From positions 71,052,001 to 71,116,000 of the forward strand of contig NC_092352.1 in the NCBI RefSeq assembly GCF_963676685.1: a stretch of 64,000 bases of DNA, written 5' to 3'. A program made the translations under genes and the position numbers. Positions within the stretch are counted from its first letter, which is position 1. Each line of letters begins with the position of its first letter. Of the stretch, positions 16,301 to 28,300 are shown one piece after another. Under the pieces are notes generated by a model, which did no database searches, was not told the DNA's origin, and worked only from the letters and a program-made list of their open reading frames with translations. Origin of the DNA: Mytilus edulis. Its lineage: Eukaryota.

Positions 16301-19300
16301 TCAATAATTATATCTAAACAAATTTGGATTAAGGAGAAAAATTACATTATAAGTAATTTTAATGTCTGGTTTTTGAATTTTGTTGTTGTTTTAACAAATG
16401 AATTAAAAGGTTGGATCATGTATATATATGAGTATTTCGGACGTAAATGTTTGGGATCTATTGATGGAATGGTATACATGGCTACATTGTAATGTCATAA
16501 TATTTATTCTTTCCATTTTAAAAAGAAAAACTTGTAAATTTATTAAAGTTTGATCAGTAAATTTGTCATTTGATTGAAGTAGCTGGCTGACTCAGTAAAA
16601 CAGATATTTAAAGCTAAATGAATTCTTTTTAACAAACAGTTGTCCAATAAGCTTTCTAACTCTAAGGATGTTATATCTTTTCAAGACAATTCTGTTATAA
16701 AAAAAAAAAGTTTATTGCTGATCAGTTGTTTTTTTAAACCTCAAATTTCTATTTTCCTCTCTTATTAAACCATGTTTTTCGTAAAAAATAACACTTCACA
16801 GTTTCTTAAAGATTACATCAATCTGTTGTAAGGACAAAATCATTCATCCTGGTGAAATCAATCCCGCCATTTATACAAAACTCAAGCGGTTATCAGCAGT
16901 GACATCATATGTTAATTAAATTTAATGGCCCTCCTTTGCCGAAGACAGGTAGTTGGTCCAAAAAGAGATAATTAGATCTTTTGTTGGGCCGATTGTGTTA
17001 TGATTGAAATCGTATCTGAACAGCTCATCCCCTGTTGCTAATCGTAGATTTAATGTGATAGGGGCATAATATAATGCACGGAGAAAGTACAGCTCGTTCA
17101 GTGCAACACGAGCATGGTTGGTTTGATACGTCGCATACATGGCCCAACTCTATAGGTGTCCTAAGGAATTAAACACAATGGGACTGAATACCTCATTTGC
17201 AATTGAATACGTTAACTTGATCTCGCTCACTCTCAAATGCAGTGGTAGATATTATTGCATGTTTTTGAAGTGTTTTCATCAAATTTAAATGTACAAAATC
17301 TGTATTCATACGATGATCGATAGCTTTCTAATCTTGTTAACCTATCATGGCTATGTAACAATTTAGTAGATCATAACTCTTAAGAAATGTATGGATCAAT
17401 TTACAAATCATTTTTTATAATGAATTCACTTGCTTTGGTAATTTGTTTAAATGGAGTGTTGACAAAACTGAATTATATGTACATGTTTTAATGTAATTGA
17501 AGGGACAAAGTATAAATGAATTAGTTATACTGAATGTTTATATGATATGTTTTACTTCATAGTAGACTATCATACATTGATGACAAAGAGGCCCTTGGTT
17601 GTTGAGTGTGGTCTAAGTAATATATCTACTGTATCACTAGCCTGTCTACACTGAGGTTGTGAGTTTGAACCCCACATGTGGCAAGTGTGTTTTACTTCAA
17701 TTTTAATTTAACATGATTGTCAGTTTTCCTGTGTAAGGTTCTCTCTGGGCACTTGACTTCCTCCACCAATAAAAACTGAAAGCCACTTTTAAGGTGGTAC
17801 CCAACACTTTAACTAAAATTAATTTGGCTCGTTTAATTTTCTTAAAATTTTGACAAAGTATTTACTTTGACCCTTTTACAAAAATATAAAAATTTCAAAA
17901 AATTTGAACCAACCATTTTATCAGAAAAATTACACTGGTTATATAGCAGTTTGGCAAACACTTATTTTGATCATTGAGAAGCTTAATATTCCCTTAACAA
18001 CACAACGTAATTAAAACGTTTAGCTGATTTTACAGAGTTATCTCCCTGTATTGTTAGGTACCACCTTAATATAGCCAATATTGCTAAAAGTGGTGTTAAA
18101 ACATCATCAGTCAATCATTGATTGAAAAATCTTCTATGATTAACCTTCCACTGATGCTGCATCAAATATATGCACCAAATTTAAATGTGAAAGTCCAGAT
18201 GCTTTTGAATCCTCTGAAGTTACGATCTTTTGAAATATGGAGTCTTATGTAGACGAAACGCGCGTCTAGCGTACTAAATTATAATTCTGTTACCTTTGAT
18301 AACTATATTGTCCTTATTGAATTTGGTGGTCCATAAAAAAAAAAAAATGTAAGCTAAATTGATCCCTTTGTCAGTTTTAATGACTATAGTTATTTGTTTC
18401 AAAATTTTACCTATAGGCTTACATCATATTAAAGGCTACACCCAGTGTTAACATCATACATCTGTTTTAACTAGTCCAAAAGTTGAAAATGAGAGAATTT
18501 AAAAGTAAGAAGATTTGGTATCATTGCCAAAGAAAGAATTATTCACCATAAACAAAAGTGTAAAAGTGAGCAAAACCATACTGTATAGAAAGCTATTTTA
18601 TCATAATGTTAAGTAATCTAATCAGTTGATATATATATATATTTAACAGGCTATTATTTGAACTTGGAACTATTTTTAATTATGGAATTTGCATAATTTC
18701 TTGTGTTTAAAAATTTTGATAAATTCCATGTAATATTTGGTATTATGATTTTTTGAGCGGTTAATAACACTTTCCATACAATGTATTTTGGTTAGAAAGT
18801 GTTGTGCGCGGCACTACATTCTATTGAAAAATACTATTTTCTTTGTAATATAAAGTGTTGTGCGCAGCACAGAACATTTCAGTACAGAATAAACATGGAA
18901 TTTATTGAAAATTTCAATAACAAGAAATCAAGCAAATTCCATAATTAAAAATAATTCCAAGTTCAAATAATAGCCTGTTATTTGTTTTCTTTTATGGTTA
19001 TATATAATAAACAAATACATTGACATATTTTTAGTAGTATGTGATTGCATACCTGACTTTCATTTTATTCAAATGATTACAATGTTTTGTTCAAAATACA
19101 ATTTGATTAATAACAATTACCTTTCATTTTCCTTTCAAAATGGCTTACTCCCAATTGCCACATGATGCCCAAATTCCTGTAGGATGTGGTTTGTGTGAAC
19201 AAAGGAATAAAATACAACGGAAATGCATAGATTGTTCATTATTGATGTGTACCAAATGTAAGGATGTGGTCCATCCAAAGTTCAAAAATGCCACCACATA

Positions 19301-22300
19301 AAATTGTCGATATTAAAGAATTGGGACATGATGATTCCAAACGAGATGTAATTTGCAAGATCGTAAATGCAAAGAACATACCACACAAATCTGTGGATTT
19401 TATTGTAAAGATTGTAAACAATTTATCTGTGGCAAGTGCATTACAAAAGACCACTGTGGACATGATGCAGTAGATGAAGAAGAATATGAACATGAAATGG
19501 CCATGCTTCTTGCATCTCAGAAAGAGGCTGAGAGGAAGTTCAGAGAGCTAACCCTATCAAATCCAAGTGCAGTAAGTTCATATAAATCTGGATCCACAGA
19601 AATGGCAGAAGTAAGAATTATATTGATTAGACAATTTTCCACAGAATTTACCCGAATTTCCAAGGTCTTATCCACTACTGATGATTCTGCGTGGATAGTA
19701 AACCCGTCAGCTAAATTGATGCAGCATGTGAAAATGACAGAAGGCGGTCTCCAGGTCCTATCAGAGTTCAAAATGCACATTGGTGACATGGAATATATGT
19801 CAAAAAACAAGATATTTTTATCAGTTGGTGGTACACCATGGCTGCAGCTGCTTGATGAACAAATTGGAAAAATATCTTTTACCCACTACAATTTTAAACC
19901 CCTGTGGACTCGTGGCATACATGTAACAAGGGATCAGAAAATAATCATAGGAGCTGTCACACCAGGTTTACCAATCACTTTTTCCAGAAGACGTTTAGTG
20001 GTAGTCATGGATATTGACGGGACCGTTTTTAAACGATATGAATTTGACTGTAATCAGAAACCATTGTTTACACTTCCTTACAAAATAACTAGCACAAGTA
20101 ATGGTAACATCTGGGTGATAGATAAGTTAGCTACAACTGGTAGGGGTAGAGTGGTAGTGTTGGGACAGGCAGGAAACGGTATACATGTACAAATATACAA
20201 TGGTCATCATGATGTTAACTCGCATAGCAAACCATTCACTCCTACAGGCATAATTATTACACCCGCAGATAATGTAGTTGTGGCAGACAATGCCTGTAAT
20301 ACACTACATATACTCAACTGTGATGGCACATTCATGACATACATAAAAACTGATGGTATAGGGATTATATCCCCGTATTCTCTTGCCATATCTGGACCAG
20401 GACAATTCATTATAGGATGTGCTTCTAAAGGTTCTGTGAAAGCTAAACTTTATCAGCTACAATACTCTGGATTTTAAATGATAGTTTTTTAACTTGCTAA
20501 TGTTTTAGAATGGAATATATTCAACTCTTGTCTGAATGATATATATATATTAGTTGTTATCCATTTTGATGACTATACAAATTTAATGTAAGGAATTAAA
20601 TAAGTTTATCAGATTGCAATTTTCTTTTTTGAGAAACTCACCTAGTAGCATTAAATGCATTAATAAAAACTTAAAGTATTAATTTCTGCATTTAAAGTAT
20701 CAAAGAACCCTTAAAACTAGCAATAATCCTCTTCTTGTAATTCCCCCTGCCGTAGCGGAGGGGGCATTAAGTTTAACCCTTGTCTGTCTGTACAAGGCAT
20801 AGTTTAGGTTTCAGTTCTGTAACTTTAATTTGCCTCAATTAAATGTTATGAAACATAATGCTTATAACCACATGACACAGATCTAGTTTAAAATTTAGTG
20901 TTGTCATTTTATCGGTTCTAGAATTGTGTTCTCTTACTTTAGTTTGCCTCAACCAAATGCTATATGAAAATTATACACTATGTTTAAAATCATTACCACA
21001 AAATACAGATCAAGTGGGAATTTTGGTGGTGTCACTTTAACAGTTCTAAACTTATGCCCTTTTACAAATGGAAAAATTGCTGATCTTTTTGTTTCTGTTC
21101 TCTAACTTAAGTTTACCTCAACCAAATTTAGAAAACTGTATATACACTTATTACCACAACACTCAGATCAAGTACACAATTGGGTAAGGTCACATTTACG
21201 GTTCATCAGTTATGTCCCTTTATTATAAACTTTATTTAATATGCATGCGGGGTATCATCTGTGTCCCATGGACAACATTCCCCATTTATCTTTTTTTTCA
21301 ATTTACCTAACACAAATTATTTAATATTTTGCTTTATCTAGAAGATAAATTTGAGCAGGATGTTTTGTAAATCAAAGTATAATCAGCAAGTTAATCTTAA
21401 TAAATAAATAACAGTATCTTACTCATTATGTACATGTTACTATCTCCTACTTTACATATGGAAAATTATCAGTTTTGTATAAAAGACATCAAGCTCATAT
21501 GAATGATAAATTAGATTTTATAAGTGTTCAGTTCAGCTAAAATCAGTTTACATTCATTTTGTCAACACTATGGGGTACTCACAGTCAACACATAAGGCCC
21601 CTAACTCTGTCAGATACCAGTTGTGTGAGGGAGGGACACGACCAATCCAATGGAAATGCTGGGAATGCTCATTACTGATGTGTAGAAGATGTAGAAGTGT
21701 AGTCCATCCTATGTTAAATTATGCTGTCAGACATAAAATAGTTTTTATTAAAGAATCAAAAAGTGGTACTGCTGAAGGAAATGTTTCTTTTAGTGATTAT
21801 AAGTGCCTAGCACATACCTCAAAGATTTGCTGTTTTTATTGTAAGGATTGTGAACAATTAATCTGTAGGAAGTGTTCAACCAAAGCCCATCGAGGACATG
21901 ATACTTTGAACGAGGAGGACTATGTAAGAGAAATTAACAAGATTCTGAAAACTCTTAGAGAGAGTGAGAAGAAATTGAGCAATTTTACCTTGGCCAACAT
22001 TGTACTTGGAAAATTAAATTCATTAAAATCTGGAGCATCAGAGAAACCTGAGATTAAAGTTTTTAAAACATTTTCCTCGAACGTTAAATTTATTAGTTCG
22101 GTTATATCTTCTCCTGATGATTCAGTATGGATAGTAGACTTTTCAGCTAAAGTTTTGCAGCAAGTGAAACTGACAGGAGACAATATTCAGGTCATTTCAC
22201 AATGNNNNNNNNNNNNNNNNNNNNNNNNNNNNNNNNNNNNNNNNNNNNNNNNNNNNNNNNNNNNNNNNNNNNNNNNNNNNNNNNNNNNNNNNNNNNNNNN

Positions 22301-25300
22301 NNNNTGCACAAATAGCAACCACTGAATTAGGTTCCTGAATTGCGACATGCCTATCATTTCTTTTCATTTCATTGGAGGGTAAAATCCTGTTGACAGCATT
22401 ACAAAGGTTACGATACTTGGGTTGTACTCTTAAATTGTATATCTAGCAATACTATATGTTAGGTAGTACTCTTACTCAAATACCTAAACTAACAGGGGCG
22501 GATGCAGGAATTTTCGAAAGGGGGGGGGGGGGGGGGGGGGGGGGTGCTAACCCAGGGCACCCAGGGCAAAGGGGGGGTGCAAAACATATGTCCCGATACA
22601 AATGCATTGATCGGCAAAAATAAAGGGGGGGGTTGCGCACCCCCGGAAACCCCCCCCCCCCCCCCCCCCCCCCCCCCTGGATCCACCACTGACTACATCC
22701 TTAAAATTTTTACTGGGAAAAATATAAGTTGTTTATTGGTTGATGTGGTCTATTGTATTGTGTATTTTTTTGGGCGACTGCTTTTATCCCATTTTATTTT
22801 TATATGATAAAAAAAAAGTGAGTTTAAAATGAGGATTGATTTTTAATATGATATTAAGTAATCTGAACAACTGATCAACATCATATATTTATTATCAGCA
22901 ATTGTTTACTTTTATGGTGACATACATAACACATAAATAGACATATCATGTGCTGCATCTGATTGTGTACCTCACTTAGTTATATTTATATGATTAGTTC
23001 AGTTTTGTTTATTGTACAATTTGATTTTAAACAACTTATACAACTTACAATATCTCTATCAAAATGGCTGACTCAAATTTAAAAACTAAGGACAGATTGC
23101 AGTAGGATGCAGCGATAATCAAGAATCGACAAGTACTGATTCTGATGGATTTATAAGCTTTAGAGATATGAAATGCAAAGAACATGAGATGAAGGGCTGC
23201 AGCTTTTATTGTAAAGACTGTAAAGAATTTATCTGTGTCAAATGCATTACAAAAGCCCATAAAGAACATGATGTGGTAGACGAGGAAGATCATAATACTG
23301 ATAGGAACAAGCTGCTAAAAACTCAGAAGGAAACAGCGATAGAACTTAGCAAGATGTCATTGTCCAAAGTTAGTCCAATGACATCTGGATCTACAGTGGT
23401 GAAAGATGAAACAGAACAACAACAAAAACCTGAGTTAAAAGTTGTCCAACATATTTATACAGATTATAAACCTATTTATGGTTTGTCATCCTATTCAGAT
23501 GGTTTAGTATTGCTAAAAACTCATTGTTATGGAAATCTGGAATATGCGGAAGTGACAGGAGACAATATTAAGGTCCTATCCAGTTTCCCTGTTCAAGTGT
23601 TAGACATGACAGTTGATTCAATCAACAACATTTTTTTATCAGTTCAAAGCAGTACAAGACTGAAGGTGATCAATGTAATAACTGGGCAAATATCAGATTC
23701 TATATACAATGTAGCACCATTTTGGACCAGTGGTATACATATTACCAAAGATCAAAAAGTAATATTAGGAGTAGTAACACCAGGAAGACAAATGGTGGTA
23801 GTCATGGATGAGAAAGGGAATCATATAAAACTTTATGAACTTGACAGCACCAACAAAGCAATATTTACAGGTCCTTGCAGAATAACTAGCACCAAAAATG
23901 GTAACATCGGGGTGGTAGATGTTTTGGATACATCATGCAGAGGAAAAATAGTGGTACTGGGACAGACAGGAAGCATACAAATATACAATGGACATCCTAA
24001 TGTCAACAATCAGAACACGCCATTTAATCCTACAGGTATCCTTACAACACCAATGGATAATATTGTAGTGACTGACTGTAATAATCATACACTGCATATA
24101 CTGAGTTGTGATGGATTATTCATAGCATACTTCAGCACTAGTTTAAATGTAGATATACACTTACCATATTCTCTTGCTTGCTCTGGACCAAGATATTTCT
24201 ATATTGGATGTTCAGTAGGAGGCTACGGTTCTATGAGTACTAAACTTTTCAAAGTGCAGTACTCTGGATTTTGAAAAATTAAAAAACAATTATATAAGTT
24301 TTTAATTTCACAGTTTAATGCTGGTGTTTTCAAAATTGAATTGGTATGACTTTGTGACCAATTTTAACATTTATTCAAACTGGTCAATTACAAACTTTTA
24401 ATTATATTGCACATTGTTGAATACTAAGAAATGAAAATGAACATTAGATTTTGAACTCCCAAATATTTTTACCTCTAGCATTATTGACAACATTAATTGT
24501 TGAAATGTGCATCTGGTGCATTGAGATTGGTAATGTTAAAAGTTATTGTGCTTTTAACTATGCAAAATAAAATGAAAGACATGTTACTATTTTGAAATAC
24601 TAATTGTTTTAAAGGCATGTGTTCACTCTCAAATACTTCCTATGAGGACTCTATACTGATATGAGTGATTGACAATTTTTTTTAATTTAAAACCTTATTT
24701 ATAGTCTTTGTAATAGTTGAAAGTAATAAGCAGTAAGAAAAATTCAACTGTTTATTGACTTAATATTTGTGTTTGATTGGTACTGTAATTTTACTAAATA
24801 AAATATTTGGGTTATCTTGCATTTGTTTACACTTGTGTCAAGGAGTATTGATATATATTAGTTCTAAAAAAATAATAAATTGACTTTGAAGCTGAATTTC
24901 TCAATGCACATTGGTTTATAGATGTGATTTTGATTTGCTTTGTAACCCCCACCCCAATATTTTGCCAACATTGTTTTTTTTAATTATAGAGGAAACTGAA
25001 TAACTATTCTAACTACTAGTTACTATACTTTTTGTTGGTTTTTGTTTTGTTTGGGGGGGGGGGGGGAGTGTTGCTTTTCACTATTAGAAGCATTTTCAGT
25101 CCAATCCTATCCAATGCCAATGATGTAATTCATTGTATTTGTCACCAGCTATTGGAATGACATTTGGACATTTGTGTGAAGAGCTGGATGTCTCACATCA
25201 TATAATTTCTATCCGACATTATAAGTTTCCTTCTTGTAATTATTGTCTCATCTCCTTGACTTTGTGTTCATGGTTATTGGCTGTGGAGGAAATTGTTTGT

Positions 25301-28300
25301 GGTTTTTTTTATTCTTTGTTTTACTAGATATTTGTAATAGAACAAATGATTATTTCATCAATTCAATCCTTATAAAGTTTGCATGTTTGTCACTGTGTTC
25401 ACATGACCTTGACCCAATTTTAATGTTTAATTTATCCATATTATGTTTTCAAGATTAAGTCAACTGACTACATGTACTGTATAAAAGAACTGGAAAAGAA
25501 AACCAAAAAATACAAAGGCACATTCAAATTCACAAGGGAAAATGAAGCAACAACAACAATTTCAACATGGCTGAAAAGAAAAAAGACCAACACAAAACAA
25601 CAACATAAACAACATAAACCCAACCAAACACTGGGTCGCCTCAGATGTTCTGTAAAAGAAAGCAGATCCGGCTCCACATGTGGCATCCCTCACCTTGTTT
25701 AGTTTTAACAACACAACTTTCACATTTTTATCATATCAACACTGCACACCCGAGGTATCCACTTTAGGGGTTCTATCCAACTGAAGATTTACCAGGCATT
25801 TGTCACTATCATCTGTAATCTTTCATTATTTGTTGCGGATAAATAGTAGATTTTGTTACCATTTCCTCAAAATAATCTTGAGTGTCTAGTGATGGCTAAG
25901 GTGAGAACAAAATTAATTGAACTACAAGTCATAAAACTTTACTCAGTACTTGGAACACAAAATAGGGGCTAAGAAAGCTAAATCCAATATTTTGATCGGT
26001 TTATTTCTGAGTCTGAGTATGATATTTGAGACTCTTTATTTTTAATAGATGAGAGAACAGGAAGTTAGTGCTTCAATTTTGTTTTTACATTTAATAATTT
26101 TCTTGCAGGAAAGTTTGGAGATATGGAGACTGTTATTAGATTTCTGTGTTACATGTCAGTCTGAAAAAACGGAAGAATTATTTGAGGTAAGTTTGAATTT
26201 CATTGGTGTTCACCTTTTAGCATTCTCTGTAAGGAAGCTGATAGGGATTTTTTCGTCATTTCTATCTATTCATTTCATGATAGTAGTAGACATGGAATGA
26301 GTAAATAAAGTCTCTTATATCAATTCTTCTATTTCATTACACAAATTTAACCAAAAAAAACCCACTTTATTTTGAAGATTATAACAATGTATTCAATGTT
26401 ATTTAAGAATTGAATGCTTCTTTTTGTAACTACATAGGGGTATAAAAGCGTTGACCGAAGCACATTTTGTATGAAGTGCAGAAGTGCTTCATTCTAAAAA
26501 TATGTACACGGTCAATGCTTTTACAACCCTATGAAGTTACAAAAAGAAGCATTCAATACTTATAATTACATTTTTTAGCTTTGATCATGAAAACGTGAAT
26601 TTTATAATTTTTTTATTTAATTTACCTGTGCACTTTATTGTTGGACCACGTGTTATCATGAATGATAAGTTTTATTGAGTAATGCTATTGCTTAAGGAAT
26701 AACATGTGATGTGCAGTTAGCCAATCAGAATAAAGTATAATAATGAAACATACATCTAAAGTAATTATTAAAAAATATTAGGTATACTTTAAAGTACAAG
26801 TGCTTATATTTAGGGTATCTATATCCCCCCTTCTTATAATTAGAGATTATATTTTCAATCAATACCAGAGTCAAAGAAAGCACTTTAGAACTTGAAATAA
26901 ACCTACCAAAACCCAGAATGTCTTTATTCATTGTTGTTTCCCAAAAGTTCAATTCAGGATGAATATGTTATCTTTTAAGCATTGGATATTATCATTATTT
27001 TATGAATGATTATACATGGTAACAAAATTCCAAAAAAATGTACACAGTAGTAAACCTTCCTCCTTTCTATGCACTGCAAAGTCAGACAGGATGCCTCTGC
27101 TGGATTCTTCAAGTTAGCCTACTTGGCTGTAGAACAGATATTTTCATTACATGCTAATAGACCATAACAAGCAGATTTAGCATATTTAGTTATGCAGTGA
27201 ATATTATAATTTTATTCAGCATGTAATCATATTTTTTTAATGCAGAAAGGTATATGCAGCCATAGACAGGTGGCGTTACCACTCAAAGAGTATTACCTGC
27301 AGTGGTTGTACCTAACCAAAGGTGTACAGAAAGCCAGGACTTTATTCCAAAGGTACAGTATAGTTAAGGTGGAATTATTTGGATTTTTTTTATACATACA
27401 GGAGACAATAACGATCAAAACCAAGGAGTAAACAAAGACTCACAAAACCAAAGGATATTTACATCAACAGTTATAAATAATAAATAAGAAACAACACAAA
27501 CTCCCCTAAAAACCGGGAGTGAAATCAGGTGCTCCAGAAGGGTAAGCATTTCCCTTCACTGTATACGGCACCTGTCGTGTTATTTCTTTGTTCAGTTCGG
27601 TAATGATGGAAGGTTCTTATGACTGAGAAAGAATATCAGATATGATTTCTGACACACTTTTGTCATAATGGCCAATCAGCTCATGATGACGACCGTAAAA
27701 TTTCTTGAGTGATGACCTTAATTTGATTGGTTCATAGCCCTGTCTTAGCATCTTTTGAGAAAGCAGTATTCCTCGTTCAACAAAATCAACGTACTTTGAG
27801 CTAGCTCTAGAGTAACGTATCAATTGAGACACATATACTCCATATGCTGGTGCCGCTGGGATGTTGCTACACAGAAATGGAAAGTTGACTATAGGAAAAT
27901 TAAAATCATCGCGTTTGTCATAAATTTTGGTATTCAACCTACCATTAGTAGTCATTTCGAGAAAAAGGTCTAAATATGAAGCAGATTTATCTGTGTCGGT
28001 AGTATTTTATATTTCAAGTTCACTTGGATATATTAAATGTAAGTGATCACTGAATCTATTATTATTAAGAGACAGTACATCATCAATATACCAAAAGGTG
28101 AAATTAAAAGACTGGGCTAATTTCTTTTCTCCTTTCTGTACAAGCCCTTGGATAAATTCTGCTTCATAAGAATATAAAAACAAATCTGCAAGTAGAGGAG
28201 CGCAATTGGTACCCATTGGGATTCCAATAGTCTGTTGGAAGACCAAACCTCCAAATTCAACAAATATGTTGTCAATTAAAAAGTCCAGCAATTGGCAGTG

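Noticed and set aside
17590-17680. tRNA gene
   Set aside because: Only degenerate A/B boxes with no cloverleaf; it is the head of a SINE.
22489-22807. Gly/Pro-rich ORFs
   Set aside because: They derive from the G/C homopolymers of a MITE.
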